The notes under the pieces are model-generated. The model searched no databases, was not told the origin of the DNA, and saw only the letters and a list, made by a program, of their open reading frames with translations. This document shows, in pieces, positions 11,101 to 20,834 of a stretch of DNA of 40,493 nucleotides. The stretch spans positions 1 to 40,493 of the forward strand of contig JALAGF010002295.1 in assembly GCA_030167865.1 (NCBI GenBank), given 5' to 3'. This DNA comes from Craspedostauros australis (taxonomy: Eukaryota). Made by a program: the position numbers and the translations under genes. The first letter of the stretch is position 1. Every line of letters begins with the position of its first letter.

Positions 11101-12713
11101 AAATCAATCAGGCCATCGAAGCACTGCGGTATCACACCAAAGGTCAGAAGGTGGTGTTGCTTCCGTTGCATGGTGGATTGCAGCCCAGGGACCAGAACGT
11201 TGTCTTCCGTCCACCTCCGTCCGGATGCACCAAGGTCATCTGCTCGACTAACGTCGCGGAAACATCTGTCACGATTCCTGATTGCACCGTCGTGATCGAC
11301 GCCGCACGAGAGAAACAGTCCTCATACGACCCGAGCAACCGCATGCCGTTGTTGCTCGAGCAATTTGCCTGCAAGGCAAGTCTGAAGCAGCGCCAGGGCC
11401 GAGCAGGGCGCGTTCGCGAAGGTGTATGCTACAAACTGATTTCGAAGGCAACGTATTCGTCCCTTGATGCACATGGTACGCCGGAAATCCGCCGCTGCGC
11501 CTTGGATCAAACTCTCCTGTCGCTGCTGCATCTCGGCGTCGAAAGCGGAGCCGGGACATTCATGAACACCCTCCTCGACCCACCAAGCCACCAATCACTG
11601 GCCGCCGCTACCCACAGCCTGGAGGCAATCGGTGCGGTTCGTCGCGCTGATGGTGATGGGAACGGGCTTGATCTCACGCCATTGGGCGTGCACTTGGCTG
11701 TCATTCCCGCACCGCCGACGGTTGGCAAATTGCTGGTTATGGGATCGATCTTGGGTTGCAGGACCGCAGCACTGGCCATGGCAGCAGGGATGAGCTCGGG
11801 GCGAAGTCCGTTTCTGAGGATCGACAGACCTCGAAATAGGCATGGGGCAGACTTGTCCATGGAAGATATGAAGAAAGAGCGCGTGCTAGATGAGCGGAAG
11901 GAGCTCTTCAAGACAGTCGGGAACAGCGATCATGCCTTGCTCGCTGCCGTGTTCACTTTGTGGAAGAACACTGGAATGGGAGGCGGGCACCGAAAGAAGT
12001 TATGTGATCAATACGGTCTCAGTTTCACGGGCATGAGGGATATGAATCAGATGGTGAAGCAGCTCGACGGATCCTTGTCTTCCGCCGGGTACGTCGATTC
12101 ACGCGAGTCAGACGCGCACCAGGAATCTTGGAGGATCATTCGCTGCTGTGCAGTGTCCGCAATGTCACCGAGCCAACTTGTGAAGGTTCGACGACCCGCG
12201 ACCAAGTACCAAGAAACACAAGGTGGAGCGCAGGAGAAGGGTGGCGAGGCCCGAACGCTCAAATTCTTCATCCGAAACAATGCTACTACCCCCAGCGCTG
12301 ATAACTCGAGCAATCGAAATGGACCGGGGAGATTTGACAACGAAGAGCGGGTGTTCATCCATCCATCATCGTTCAACTTCGAAACAGGCAACTACAGCTG
12401 TCCATGGCTGGTCTACAATGCTTTGGTTCGCACATCCAAACCGTTCCTCCGTGATGCTACGGAATGCAGCGCGTATTCGCTGCTATTATTCGGTGGGCAG
12501 CTCGATGTTCAGGCATCAAAGGACGTAGTCTCCATCGCGGGTTGGGCCGAGCTTGGTGCCAACGCTCGTATCGGCGCCTTGATCGGCGGGCTGCGCAAAA
12601 AAGTGGACGGCCTGCTGGAACAGAAAGTGAACGACCCCAAAATGGACTTGGCGAGCAGTACTGTGATGCGTCTCATCACGAAACTCGTTCGCACCGATGG
12701 TTTGGGATCTTGA
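8127..12713 (+). CDS. DEAH-box RNA helicase, DHX57/DHX29 (YLR419W/Ucp12-like) subgroup, with dsRBD-like, UBA-like and RWD-like N-terminal regions
   Basis: GETGCGKST, QPRRLAA, TTGVL, DEVH, MSAT, STNVAETSVTIPD, QRQGRAGR, an HA2 region and OB-fold IHPSS. Also LQWLLVHLDEAQLP and EELEALSAIYG (RWD start). Likely start is MGKSKK at 8127. Confidence 0.92.
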   Translation: MGKSKKKESGAKKSQPACACDHPYKCVCGNRPERPSKGHKWDPETQQWGGKGHKQKGASGQTSSASQAATTTTVGKTKVAQWQRLPSQLLGEFCKKDRRRPPKLKDVGSRGKHKHRCIVPDAKDPNKDLFFVPSEPVQNEEQSKEEACLLALLALTPSLPHERKLPEPYKTTWLHAIEAVKKNNSANKKGPKAKKTASPDASATNQPPKHGGNSMAKPSSGGGGGGRGGGAKASTSLTSSSSYTSAADRRRQMDAKRRERNARVRKHEAIRMANQRHPVFLSASLRQTIEQILRGDTNINLNDDDDDDEYDEDGEAKDNENDDRSDVQTYVEERLHTEGFTRKHVAKAFKQLPSSVHQCDDEEWDKIYEECLQWLLVHLDEAQLPEGLDPRGRGLDVLVSANPSSSANGGGQSTAGENGKDDSESVLSKDVIHFAKQFGLSPSEAISLCGKTKNADKESELWQTLKDMSDYKAVQTTAPEADKPTEQWQEELEALSAIYGEDFKIMESKGLSTVVLPLEDDLTICISIRTKAYPNCFPERILVRCANKQSWPSNQGIALHIDMLNDAATLSTGDPMIFELHGMAQSSLFKLTDGSLTPLSLPGTAREQPSSGQQKQQPHKPSGKDNPSAKATKQQSGRQSKRPNKRYLRPRDRAPFWSLSPQKTPPATAFPSIPGSMKRIRQSLPATKARQEFLDTLKKSEKTGRVVLVQGETGCGKSTQLPQIILEEFPASAKIVVAQPRRLAATGVGARVAEERGETQPGKASVGYVVRGDTAMCKHTRLVFCTTGVLLRQFQNDGALDAITHVVVDEVHERHLDTDVLLGLLKVALHKYSHLKVILMSATLDADRFAAYWGPKTPKMFIPGRTFPVKSYFLEDVLSLTGYMPPKKRKGKRRYNTQRPRRSSPWDDSEMSDEESVDEGDNADADEDADGEYSNDPANTTPKHYFNMEEMAKRVDEANVDYDMLGSLVSTLLRTKATMGGSILVFLSGAPEINQAIEALRYHTKGQKVVLLPLHGGLQPRDQNVVFRPPPSGCTKVICSTNVAETSVTIPDCTVVIDAAREKQSSYDPSNRMPLLLEQFACKASLKQRQGRAGRVREGVCYKLISKATYSSLDAHGTPEIRRCALDQTLLSLLHLGVESGAGTFMNTLLDPPSHQSLAAATHSLEAIGAVRRADGDGNGLDLTPLGVHLAVIPAPPTVGKLLVMGSILGCRTAALAMAAGMSSGRSPFLRIDRPRNRHGADLSMEDMKKERVLDERKELFKTVGNSDHALLAAVFTLWKNTGMGGGHRKKLCDQYGLSFTGMRDMNQMVKQLDGSLSSAGYVDSRESDAHQESWRIIRCCAVSAMSPSQLVKVRRPATKYQETQGGAQEKGGEARTLKFFIRNNATTPSADNSSNRNGPGRFDNEERVFIHPSSFNFETGNYSCPWLVYNALVRTSKPFLRDATECSAYSLLLFGGQLDVQASKDVVSIAGWAELGANARIGALIGGLRKKVDGLLEQKVNDPKMDLASSTVMRLITKLVRTDGLGS

Positions 12714-13199
12714 GAACGGTATTCCATGTGATACAACGATGAATCATGTCGAGAGGGTCGCGAAGCATAAACACCGACTTGTGGCAAGCGGCATCGTCAT
12801 GAATAGCGACAGTAGACCCAAGATCCATGCCGGTCAGATCCGCCTGTGGATACATCACATCGGCATACGAGCATTCTATTCGTACCATGGCACCCGCATC
12901 ATGCTACTGCTATCAGTACAAGTTCAGTAGGCATTCATTATGAAATTAGCTTAGTCCCGAACGTTGCGGACATTGCCATGACGACTCCATCAAATTGGAG
13001 GTTATCAAGGTGCCTTGTCTCTACTTCTTGTTTGCGTCACCAATGTATTATTGATTCGCGTTCCTTCTGAGGACAGTCTCTTCCTGTATCATGGCACGAC
13101 AAAGGGCATCGGTGGGGGATGACGTTGTTCCGTGGTTGAGCCATCTTCGTAGCTGCTGCTACCATTGAATCCTTGGCCGTTTCCAGGATGGTTGGATGC

Positions 13200-14202
13200 T
13201 TAATGTTCCGTGTCCGTCGCAGTGACTCCGCGCAGGCTCCTTCGGACATCGCACTGCCCAAAACTGACGGTTTCGTTGTTACCGAAGTCGGTGCCATTGC
13301 TTGCCTCCGCACCATCTGCGACGACCTTGTACCAGCCTTGACCGTGAGAACAACAAATGCCATCGCTTCCGACATCATCGATCGCGAATTCCAAGCAGGC
13401 TGATCGCGAAGCACAAGTTTGGTTGACGACAAGCTGCGGCATGGAGTTGGGACAACGCCCGCCTTGCAAGATGATATCGTCTGTGTGCTTCACATACCAT
13501 GTGATGTCGGATCCATGGTCGTCTGTCTGTTGTTTCCCAGCAGTGGACTCGCCTGGTTTGGACGAGGACACTGCCTGGCTCGCTGGTGACAACTAATAGT
13601 AACTTGGGAATGCATTGTAACTGTGAAACTAGATTGTGAGTATGATTATGTATGGATGTTGCTTCGTTGCTTTGCTTGACGTTCGCTTTGCTATTTGAAG
13701 TCTCTCCTCTTTTGGTTTGAATGTATCATGTATACGTGTTTACGATGTCATTGATTGGCAGGACAGCTTTGATCAATAATTCATTTTCTCCAGGATCCGA
13801 TTTGAAGCCGAATGTTGTCCAGGGCGGTAGTTCTGGACTTCAGGACTTTTTGAGTCTCCCACACCGTCATGATCTGAATTTGGATTGCGATCTCATCTGC
13901 ACCACGGCCTTGGGACGGTTTGTGGGTGCCAGGGACGAGACTGGGACAAGAGCAGGATGGGGGGTTGGAGATGAAGATTGGTTCGTCATTGGCATCGCAG
14001 ATGATGTGATTCCCGGAGTTGTCATGGACGACGCACCAGTTGAGCTGCAGGATGTCGGCGGTGGAGTTTGTTCTGTCGTTTGGTGCTCATTCGGCATTGT
14101 TGTTGGGCTGTTGCTTGGATATTGGAGTTCAGTCGAGACTGCGGTTGTCAAGTTCATTGCGTGCATGTTCTGCGACATGGTTGAAAGTGAAATTGCTGTG
14201 TT
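13200..14202 (-). pseudogene. Decayed former 3' extension of the M6 protease gene: S/T/P linker plus a second TDDYG...DGICCSYG-type domain
   Basis: ORF 13867..14178 is in frame with the protease behind TAG 14203-14205. ORF 13200..13592 aligns with the protease C-terminal domain. The AT-rich stretch 13594-13744 looks like an intron. Confidence 0.55.
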
Positions 14203-16783
14203 CTAGGATGGGCAACTGCCAACGCTGGCCGTGTCCCAAAACCAAAAATCTCCACCTGACGCAACTGTGACACCGTCCAATAAGATTGTGTAGGACCCTT
14301 CGCCATAGGAACAGCAGATGCCATCAGCGAATAGATCAAGGATCACAAATTCCATACAAACGGAGGAACCGACGCAGATTCTGCTGACGAATAGCTGTGG
14401 AGCGCCATCTGGATACGGACCACCTTGAATGACGAAGCTGGTGCCATCTGTGATTGACCAGGTTGTTTCTGAGCCATAGTCGTCAGTCATGATACGGACT
14501 TCTACCATGGTCTCATCCACAGCGCATTGCGGCGCACTAGAGCACCCGCTCCCCTCACAATGGAATGTCATGAGATGCCCTGATGCGCTGATATCCGTGA
14601 TCTTGAGCCCTGTTGTCTGGATGGTTCCATGTTGGTAACTGTCGGTGTTCGGGTAGATACTGCTTCCAAGTGCGGGATCATTCGATGGCAACAACCTATC
14701 GACGCCATTTCCATGAAAAACATCGCCCGAATCACCCCAATTGGCATTCCGTTCGAGATTGTACAATCCGTCAGCTTGCAGCAACGCAACCTGGTAATGC
14801 TTGTTGCTCTTTGGCCATCCTGGCAGTCCTGGCTGTCCTGGGTAGCCTTGGTCGTACCGCTGTGTGGCTTTCTCCGTATCGATGTGCCAGATGCAGAGAC
14901 CTCCTTGAGGCATGTCCTGGTCGGATTGAAGCGGTTGGCGGTTCTCGATGAGCAAGTATCTACAAAGAGAGGCGAAGCATTGAGCGATGAGATAGACAGC
15001 GAACGAGATGAAGTGAGACGCGAGAGGGCTGAATAGGAAGGATTAAGGCTCAGACAAGCGAGGGAGGCGCATCGCGAGAATGTGACGCCCGGTGCCACAC
15101 AATCCAGTACATATTCTTGCATCGACAAAACATCCATCCACCACCATCCACCCGCACACGAAGAGTCAACGTCGCCAGCATACGAACTCACTCTCCGACT
15201 GGATATCCGCCTTCCCCATCCCCGATTTTGTAAACATCCTTGTTGGTCTGGACTGCTGCGATTTGGTTGACGCCGTTGGCAGGTCGCTTTGGAGTTATCC
15301 AATTGAGCGCTATTTTGCTCCAAGCACAAGGGTGGGGAGGATGATACTGATCGCCGCTGAATCCCCAGCTGTTTGCCATAAGACCGAAATAACCGATACC
15401 ACGACCATCGCCATCTCTATCGTACAGGTCAGGTAGGCCGAGGAAGTGACCAAGCTCGTGTGTTATCACGCCAACGCGCGTGATGTTCGTACCGGAGATG
15501 CTCCACATACCAGGGTTCATGTGATAGTCTTGAATCGCGATGCCGTCCCAGGTTGTAAAGTTGCTGAGCAGTGCCCCTCTGTGAGACCAGATGCGATTAC
15601 TCTGGCTAGTGCCATACGCGTCTGGGTCCACTGAAGCTTCTGCCCCATACCCAGAATGGATGATCGTGAAACCGTCAATCCAACCGTCGTTGTCGGTGTC
15701 GAACTGGGTGAAGTCGGTCTGTGCATCGTCAAGAATCGTCAACGCTTCGAGAATGCATGAATGAAGAGTTATAGATCTCCCAGAAAGGCCATTGGCGCAT
15801 GCTGCCTCAGTCGAAGGAATAGTGATCCACTCGGTAACTGTTGACTCGACGTCCAGCTGATCGTACGAGAACTCAGCGTACATATGCTTCACGGATCCGG
15901 TTGGGGCGGAGGGTGGCATTTCGTTCTTCCCAGCATTCATGAGGTCCACATACTGTTGACGAGTTGGGAGGGGACGATTTGCGTGGTCGTGGAAACGCAG
16001 AAGGATGACCAAGTTCTCAAGCGTGCCTGTTGTAGCGGCAAGCCGGCGCTGGCGATGCTCCCGCAGCTCCCGATAGTCCGGATGGTCCTCCATCAAATGG
16101 CGACCGGAGATGTCATCGATGGAGGGCTCTGGCTTAGGGTTAATGAGATGCTTTGGCCATCCAGCAGCCTTCGGGTTGAAAGTTCCTCCAACTTTGTGTT
16201 CGGAAGGCACGAGGCTGGTGCCATCCGGGTTCATCTTGGCGTAGACGAAGTCACCTGTATCGTTCTGGATGATAGTGTAGTCTGGGAGTCCAGAGAAACC
16301 GGCACACAGCAATGAAATACAAAAGCAGCGACGCAATGTCGAATGAGAAAACAAGAATGTACGAAGTATCATCTGTGCTCTCTGATAGACTGCGACTACA
16401 GTACACCCTTGCTATACCTCGCCCTTGCGCCATCCGAGTATGTCGATGAAGCTTGACAGTGCCGCAATGGCGAGGGCGATCGCAAGTCCCCGAAAACAAG
16501 TCGACGTCTTGCGTTTGTGTCGCTTTGCTGGAAGTATGATGATGGCACCAGCAAAAGTAGAATATCATACTCTTGAGACAGACTTACCCTCCATATCGGT
16601 GATGTCGTGGTGAAGCTCGTTGCCATGCATGCAAACCACGATCTTCGTGCCGTCCGGTTGATGACTTTCGATCGGATTGGGATTCGCCATCATGGCGACG
16701 CATGGAGCCAGTAACCACGACGACATGAATGCAATGGCTGCCGCTAAGGCGATTCCGCCTTTCTTCATATCTTCAATCTTCAT
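14203..16783 (-). CDS. Secreted M6-family (immune inhibitor A-like) zinc metalloprotease; exons 16783-16588, 16281-15192, 14959-14203, about 680 aa
   Basis: Signal peptide, QPDGT...D|YTI prodomain, IHSGYGAE, RIWSH, HELGHFLGLPDLYD zinc motif, GLMANSW Met-turn, WSKIALNW, E|YLLIENRQ. Both GT-AG introns preserve the frame. Confidence 0.9.
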
Positions 16784-16984
16784 CGTCGTTATCGTTTCTC
16801 GAGTGCTGTTGGATATCGGGGTTGTTGTCACTGGTGTGGGCATCGACGTTTCGAAGAAATTATGAGTGGAACATCTGCTTCGATAGAATTGATCTTGTGA
16901 GCACATGTACAAGTACGAGGATCTCTGCGGGCACACATAATGTTCCTGCAGTGTTTCTTGCTTTTCTGATGGTGTAGTAAATCA

Positions 16985-17050
16985 GCTGTGGCTGCTGTGG
17001 CTGCTGTGGCCGTTGTGTGCTGGGTTGGGTTGGGTTGGGTTGGGTTCGGT
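16985..17050. repeat. (GCTGTGGCT)x3 followed by (TTGGG)x5
   Basis: Directly visible. Confidence 0.85.
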
Positions 17051-17131
17051 TGCGATCATGAAATCGAATGCGATCATGTGGCTGCGATCATGCGGCTGCG
17101 GTCATGTTGGCTTCATTTATGAGGCTGCATT

Positions 17132-17197
17132 CATGAAGGTGCATCCATGAAGGTGCATCCATGAAGGTGCGTCCATGAAGGTGTATCCATGAAGATG
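17132..17197. repeat. 14-bp tandem repeat CATGAAGGTGCATC, about 4.7 copies
   Basis: Units start at 17132, 17146, 17160, 17174 and 17188. Confidence 0.9.
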
Positions 17198-17667
17198 CGA
17201 TCTTGGGGCTGCAATCGCGCGGTTGAGAAATTATGGACACCGTCCACCAAGGTCGCATGCCACATGAGCTTTGGGAACACAATTCACAAGATCGGCATCG
17301 CAGACACAAGAACACAAGGCGGCTGGTTGCTCTCTCGGTCAAGTGCCATACATGTAGCTCCTTCCGCTGTATCGCGCCTATGTTCTTTGGCGTGTTTGGA
17401 GGTGCCACTCCGATGCGCGTCTTTTTCCAAATGTGTCAAGAAACGCGATTGCTGTTGCAGCGAAAGTGGCCCTCGAATCGGATGCTGGAGACGGTCTGAG
17501 AGGTAGCCCCATGGCCACCTTTCTGTTGTGGGTTTTCCGTTCGTCTTGGGCTAGTGACATCCGGGTTCTGGATACGATTTTGCTCCAATAAATGCCAGAA
17601 TGCGAGGAACAACATACCGACGCCGGACACACGATTGGTAGAACAAATAATAAGCCTCCATCTAGCC

Positions 17668-17729
17668 GAACAGAGGAGAATAGAGGATTCTGGGGAACAG
17701 AGGAGAATAGAGGATTCTGGGGAACAGAG
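17668..17729. repeat. 27-bp perfect tandem duplication GAACAGAGGAGAATAGAGGATTCTGGG, 2.3 copies
   Basis: Directly visible. Confidence 0.9.
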
Positions 17730-18355
17730 CGAGGACAAGGGATAGTCATGCGCAGCCTCCCGGTTTGAAAAGAAGTCAGTTGGCCAGTCGGACTTCGGAG
17801 TGTCTTCTTCAAGATGGTCTTTGGAGACTGGAACGGCTTCGACGAACCTAAGCCACCTGTTTGGTTGAGGGCAACGCTCTATCAAGTCGCATCTGCACTT
17901 CGACGGAACAATCTGTGCTGAGCATGAAGTAGGTAAGAGCGCATGGACAACTCTCCTCAACAGTGCATTGTCAGCATGAGCTCTCATAGCACACTCTTCT
18001 GAAGCCCAGCAACATTGCCACATGTGCTGGTACGACGTTGAAAGCGATGTTCATCTACTTGTGTAATGTTGATGCCTTTGTCTATTGATTCACTGATGAC
18101 TGTCGCTATCACAATGGTGCCGTGTGGGCATGAACTGCGATGACTTGCAAACGGAATCGAGTGCTCTGTGCAGGTGTCCGAAGTGTTCGCGTGGTGGCAA
18201 CACCATGCGATTCTGGTCTCACTTGTGATCATGCTATGCGTTTAAATCGCTGTTGTTTCGTCTCAGATTCTCCGGTGCAAGTATGTGTGGTATGGTTGAC
18301 TCTAAATGGTCGGAGACCGCACTGGAATGGGCTGTATCGACAGCCTTTTGTGCTG

Positions 18356-18375
18356 CTCTCTCTCTCTCTCTCTCT
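18356..18375. repeat. (CT)10 microsatellite
   Basis: Directly visible. Confidence 0.85.
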
Positions 18376-18428
18376 AGACGGGGTTGCCTTCAATCATGTT
18401 GGTGGAAGGCGGAGACGACAAGGTTGCA

Positions 18429-19082
18429 TCATAATCGTCGTACGGAATCGTTGGCGTTCATATCTTCATTCTTATCCACCCCTACGAACGTTGCAGGTGC
18501 GTTGGCTTGGCCGAAAGCTGGCTGAGATGATGTGACAGCATCAGGTTCGCAGCTCTTCTCAATTCCAGCGGCGCACATGTTTTGAGGTGAAACGATTGAT
18601 GATGGGGCACTAAGGGTGCGTTCCATGGTCGGCACCATGTTGGAATCCTGCATTGTTGATGAGGCGATGTTGGTGGGCATGAAAAGATATCGATGGTAAG
18701 GTCCCAGAAAGTATTCCTGGATCCATTGGCTGGTACAGATCATGATCTTGGTGTCGCCGCTGATGGTGGGGCCATCAACGAAAGTGTTGGAGGCATGGTC
18801 TGGAATGCGCTGTCTCGTGTCATCGATCAGCACGATGCCGCGCGCCAATTGCAACTGGATGGAGACGTGTTGGAATGCCAATCGATATATCAAATCATGG
18901 TAGACCCGCGGTAGTCGTCCCACGTTGTGATAATCGAACAATGCCAGCGGCACATTCGTGAACTGCATAGGGGTGCAGAACAGGCAACATTTGAGGTAGT
19001 ACGATAATCTGGCCACGTCGTTCTGCGGAATGACTGCTGGGCCACCAAAAGGTATTCTCATTGAGCTACGTTGTCTGTTCAT
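18429..19082 (-). CDS. Hypothetical protein, 217 aa, with N-terminal IPFGG..IPQNDVARLSYYLKC domain
   Basis: ATG-initiated ORF preceded by a CA-rich leader like the other genes here. The first 135 aa look globular and the tail is low-complexity. Confidence 0.65.
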   Translation of the reverse strand: MNRQRSSMRIPFGGPAVIPQNDVARLSYYLKCCLFCTPMQFTNVPLALFDYHNVGRLPRVYHDLIYRLAFQHVSIQLQLARGIVLIDDTRQRIPDHASNTFVDGPTISGDTKIMICTSQWIQEYFLGPYHRYLFMPTNIASSTMQDSNMVPTMERTLSAPSSIVSPQNMCAAGIEKSCEPDAVTSSQPAFGQANAPATFVGVDKNEDMNANDSVRRL

Positions 19083-20834
19083 GTTGTCTGTTCTGCGCTT
19101 GTCGCAACTGTCTTGTTGGCTTGGAATGATGGGGTGGTTTTGCTCTTGCTACTGCTGCTACTGCTGCTGTTGCTGTTTGTTGATGTCCCGAGGCTGTTTG
19201 CTTTTGGTTTTGGTTTTGTTGGTTGCGATTTTATGATGTGACGTTTGTCGTACTGATACAATCCACGAATGTCGCTTGGGCAAGAGGAAGGAGTCAGAGT
19301 ATGTGGTGTCGACGAGGCCTGCGGTTTGCGATAGAGCTGTGCGATGCTGTTGATTGAGTTTGTGACCAGTTGGGTTGGTCTGGGACGCGTAGGATGTATT
19401 GAATGTATTGGATGTGCTGGGTGTCTGGATGGATCGATTCGCGGATGTCGCTCGTCGTTACCTCTTCTCACGATCACAGTTTCGCGACTCCTCCCAGCCC
19501 CGCTCTTGTTGTGGCGGTCGTAGTTTTGCATTTGGTGGTTGTTCTTTTTCTCATTTGGACATACATACCCGCGGCGAATTGATAAATGTCATCACACGAA
19601 CTGATGCCTCTTTGTGGCACGAATGGAGTGGAACGCAATAAACACCCTGTGGATATACATACAATTTGGGCGACAAAGAACAAGTCGCCTGTTGTTCTTG
19701 TTTAGTTCTCCACACAAGTGGAATAGTCCCCAATTGGTGTTGATATCCGGATTTACTTCCGATTCTCCACCAACCAATATTTACTTGCTTGTGTTCCTCA
19801 CGACGAGCATTATTCTCCTGTGGCGAAATGTGAACGCAATTCACACAGAATTTCTTTGCCGAAGGGCACTCGTGATTCGACGATATATATGGCATGAGAC
19901 AAATTGTGACATAGTGGACGAAATTATGATAAGATTAGAAGATCACTGCAACACCGCTCGTTTGCTCCGATGATTTGTCCATACTGCAAAATGTCTCTCT
20001 TGACCAACACCATCTTCTTTTTCTCACACTTGATGTTTCGCACTGTTTCCATTGTTGATCGAGAGAAACGATCGGAGAAATTCGAAGAAGTCTCCAGTGA
20101 CTCACAACAACAAGAACGAAGCGGAGATGTTTGTGCCCCGTTTTCTGTCTCAACCAAACTGAGAACACACAGAGGTCAAAACCTCCATCTCATCGACAGC
20201 CTCACCGGTCGCAAACGCCGTGCACAAACAACATGGCTTTGTCATCCCTTCGAATGCAAATATCCACCATCGCCAACAACAACAAAAGTCGCGGAGTACT
20301 CTCTGCAGTCGTAACATCTTGATGGACGTGACCTGTGCCGTCGGCATGAAAACTTGGTTGCCTCATGTGATGGATGTCGCTGGACGCAACGTCCACAACA
20401 TCTTACTGTTCACTTCCAGCCATCATCAAATCTTCGCCGAGACCGAGGACACAAGCGCTTCCAGAAGGAGATGAACTGACACTATCTCAATACTTGGGCT
20501 GTGTGCATCACCGCTGCTCTGTGCAAACATTGGAGCTGCTCGCTTCTGCTGCTGACACTGCTTGTCGTCGCTTCTTCCGTCGACCGTGGCGGAACAACTG
20601 ACAGAAGAGAAACGAGGATGCAAAACACGGAGTCCCAACATCTTCCCCTACCCCATCGCGCACGCATCATTCATCGTCTATGGCAATCACCATTCACGGC
20701 ATTGGGAGGGGAGGCTTGCATGTTCCAAGGGCCCAACATTCCACTCTCCCTGTCAAAGTAAATAATGCTCTACAAATATTATAGAAACATGTATGACAGA
20801 TGAGAGTGGATGGCGTCACGGCACTCTCGGCGAC

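Noticed and set aside
17021-17050. Interstitial telomere
   Set aside because: The unit is a 5-mer TTGGG, not TTAGGG, and only five copies are present.
17668-17729. Possible CRISPR-like repeat (also the 802-1165 array)
   Set aside because: Contiguous tandem copies without spacers, no cas genes, eukaryotic context.
19550-20760. Short ORFs in the lower-GC intergenic stretch (possible TE remnant)
   Set aside because: No recognisable domain, terminal repeats or consistent frame.
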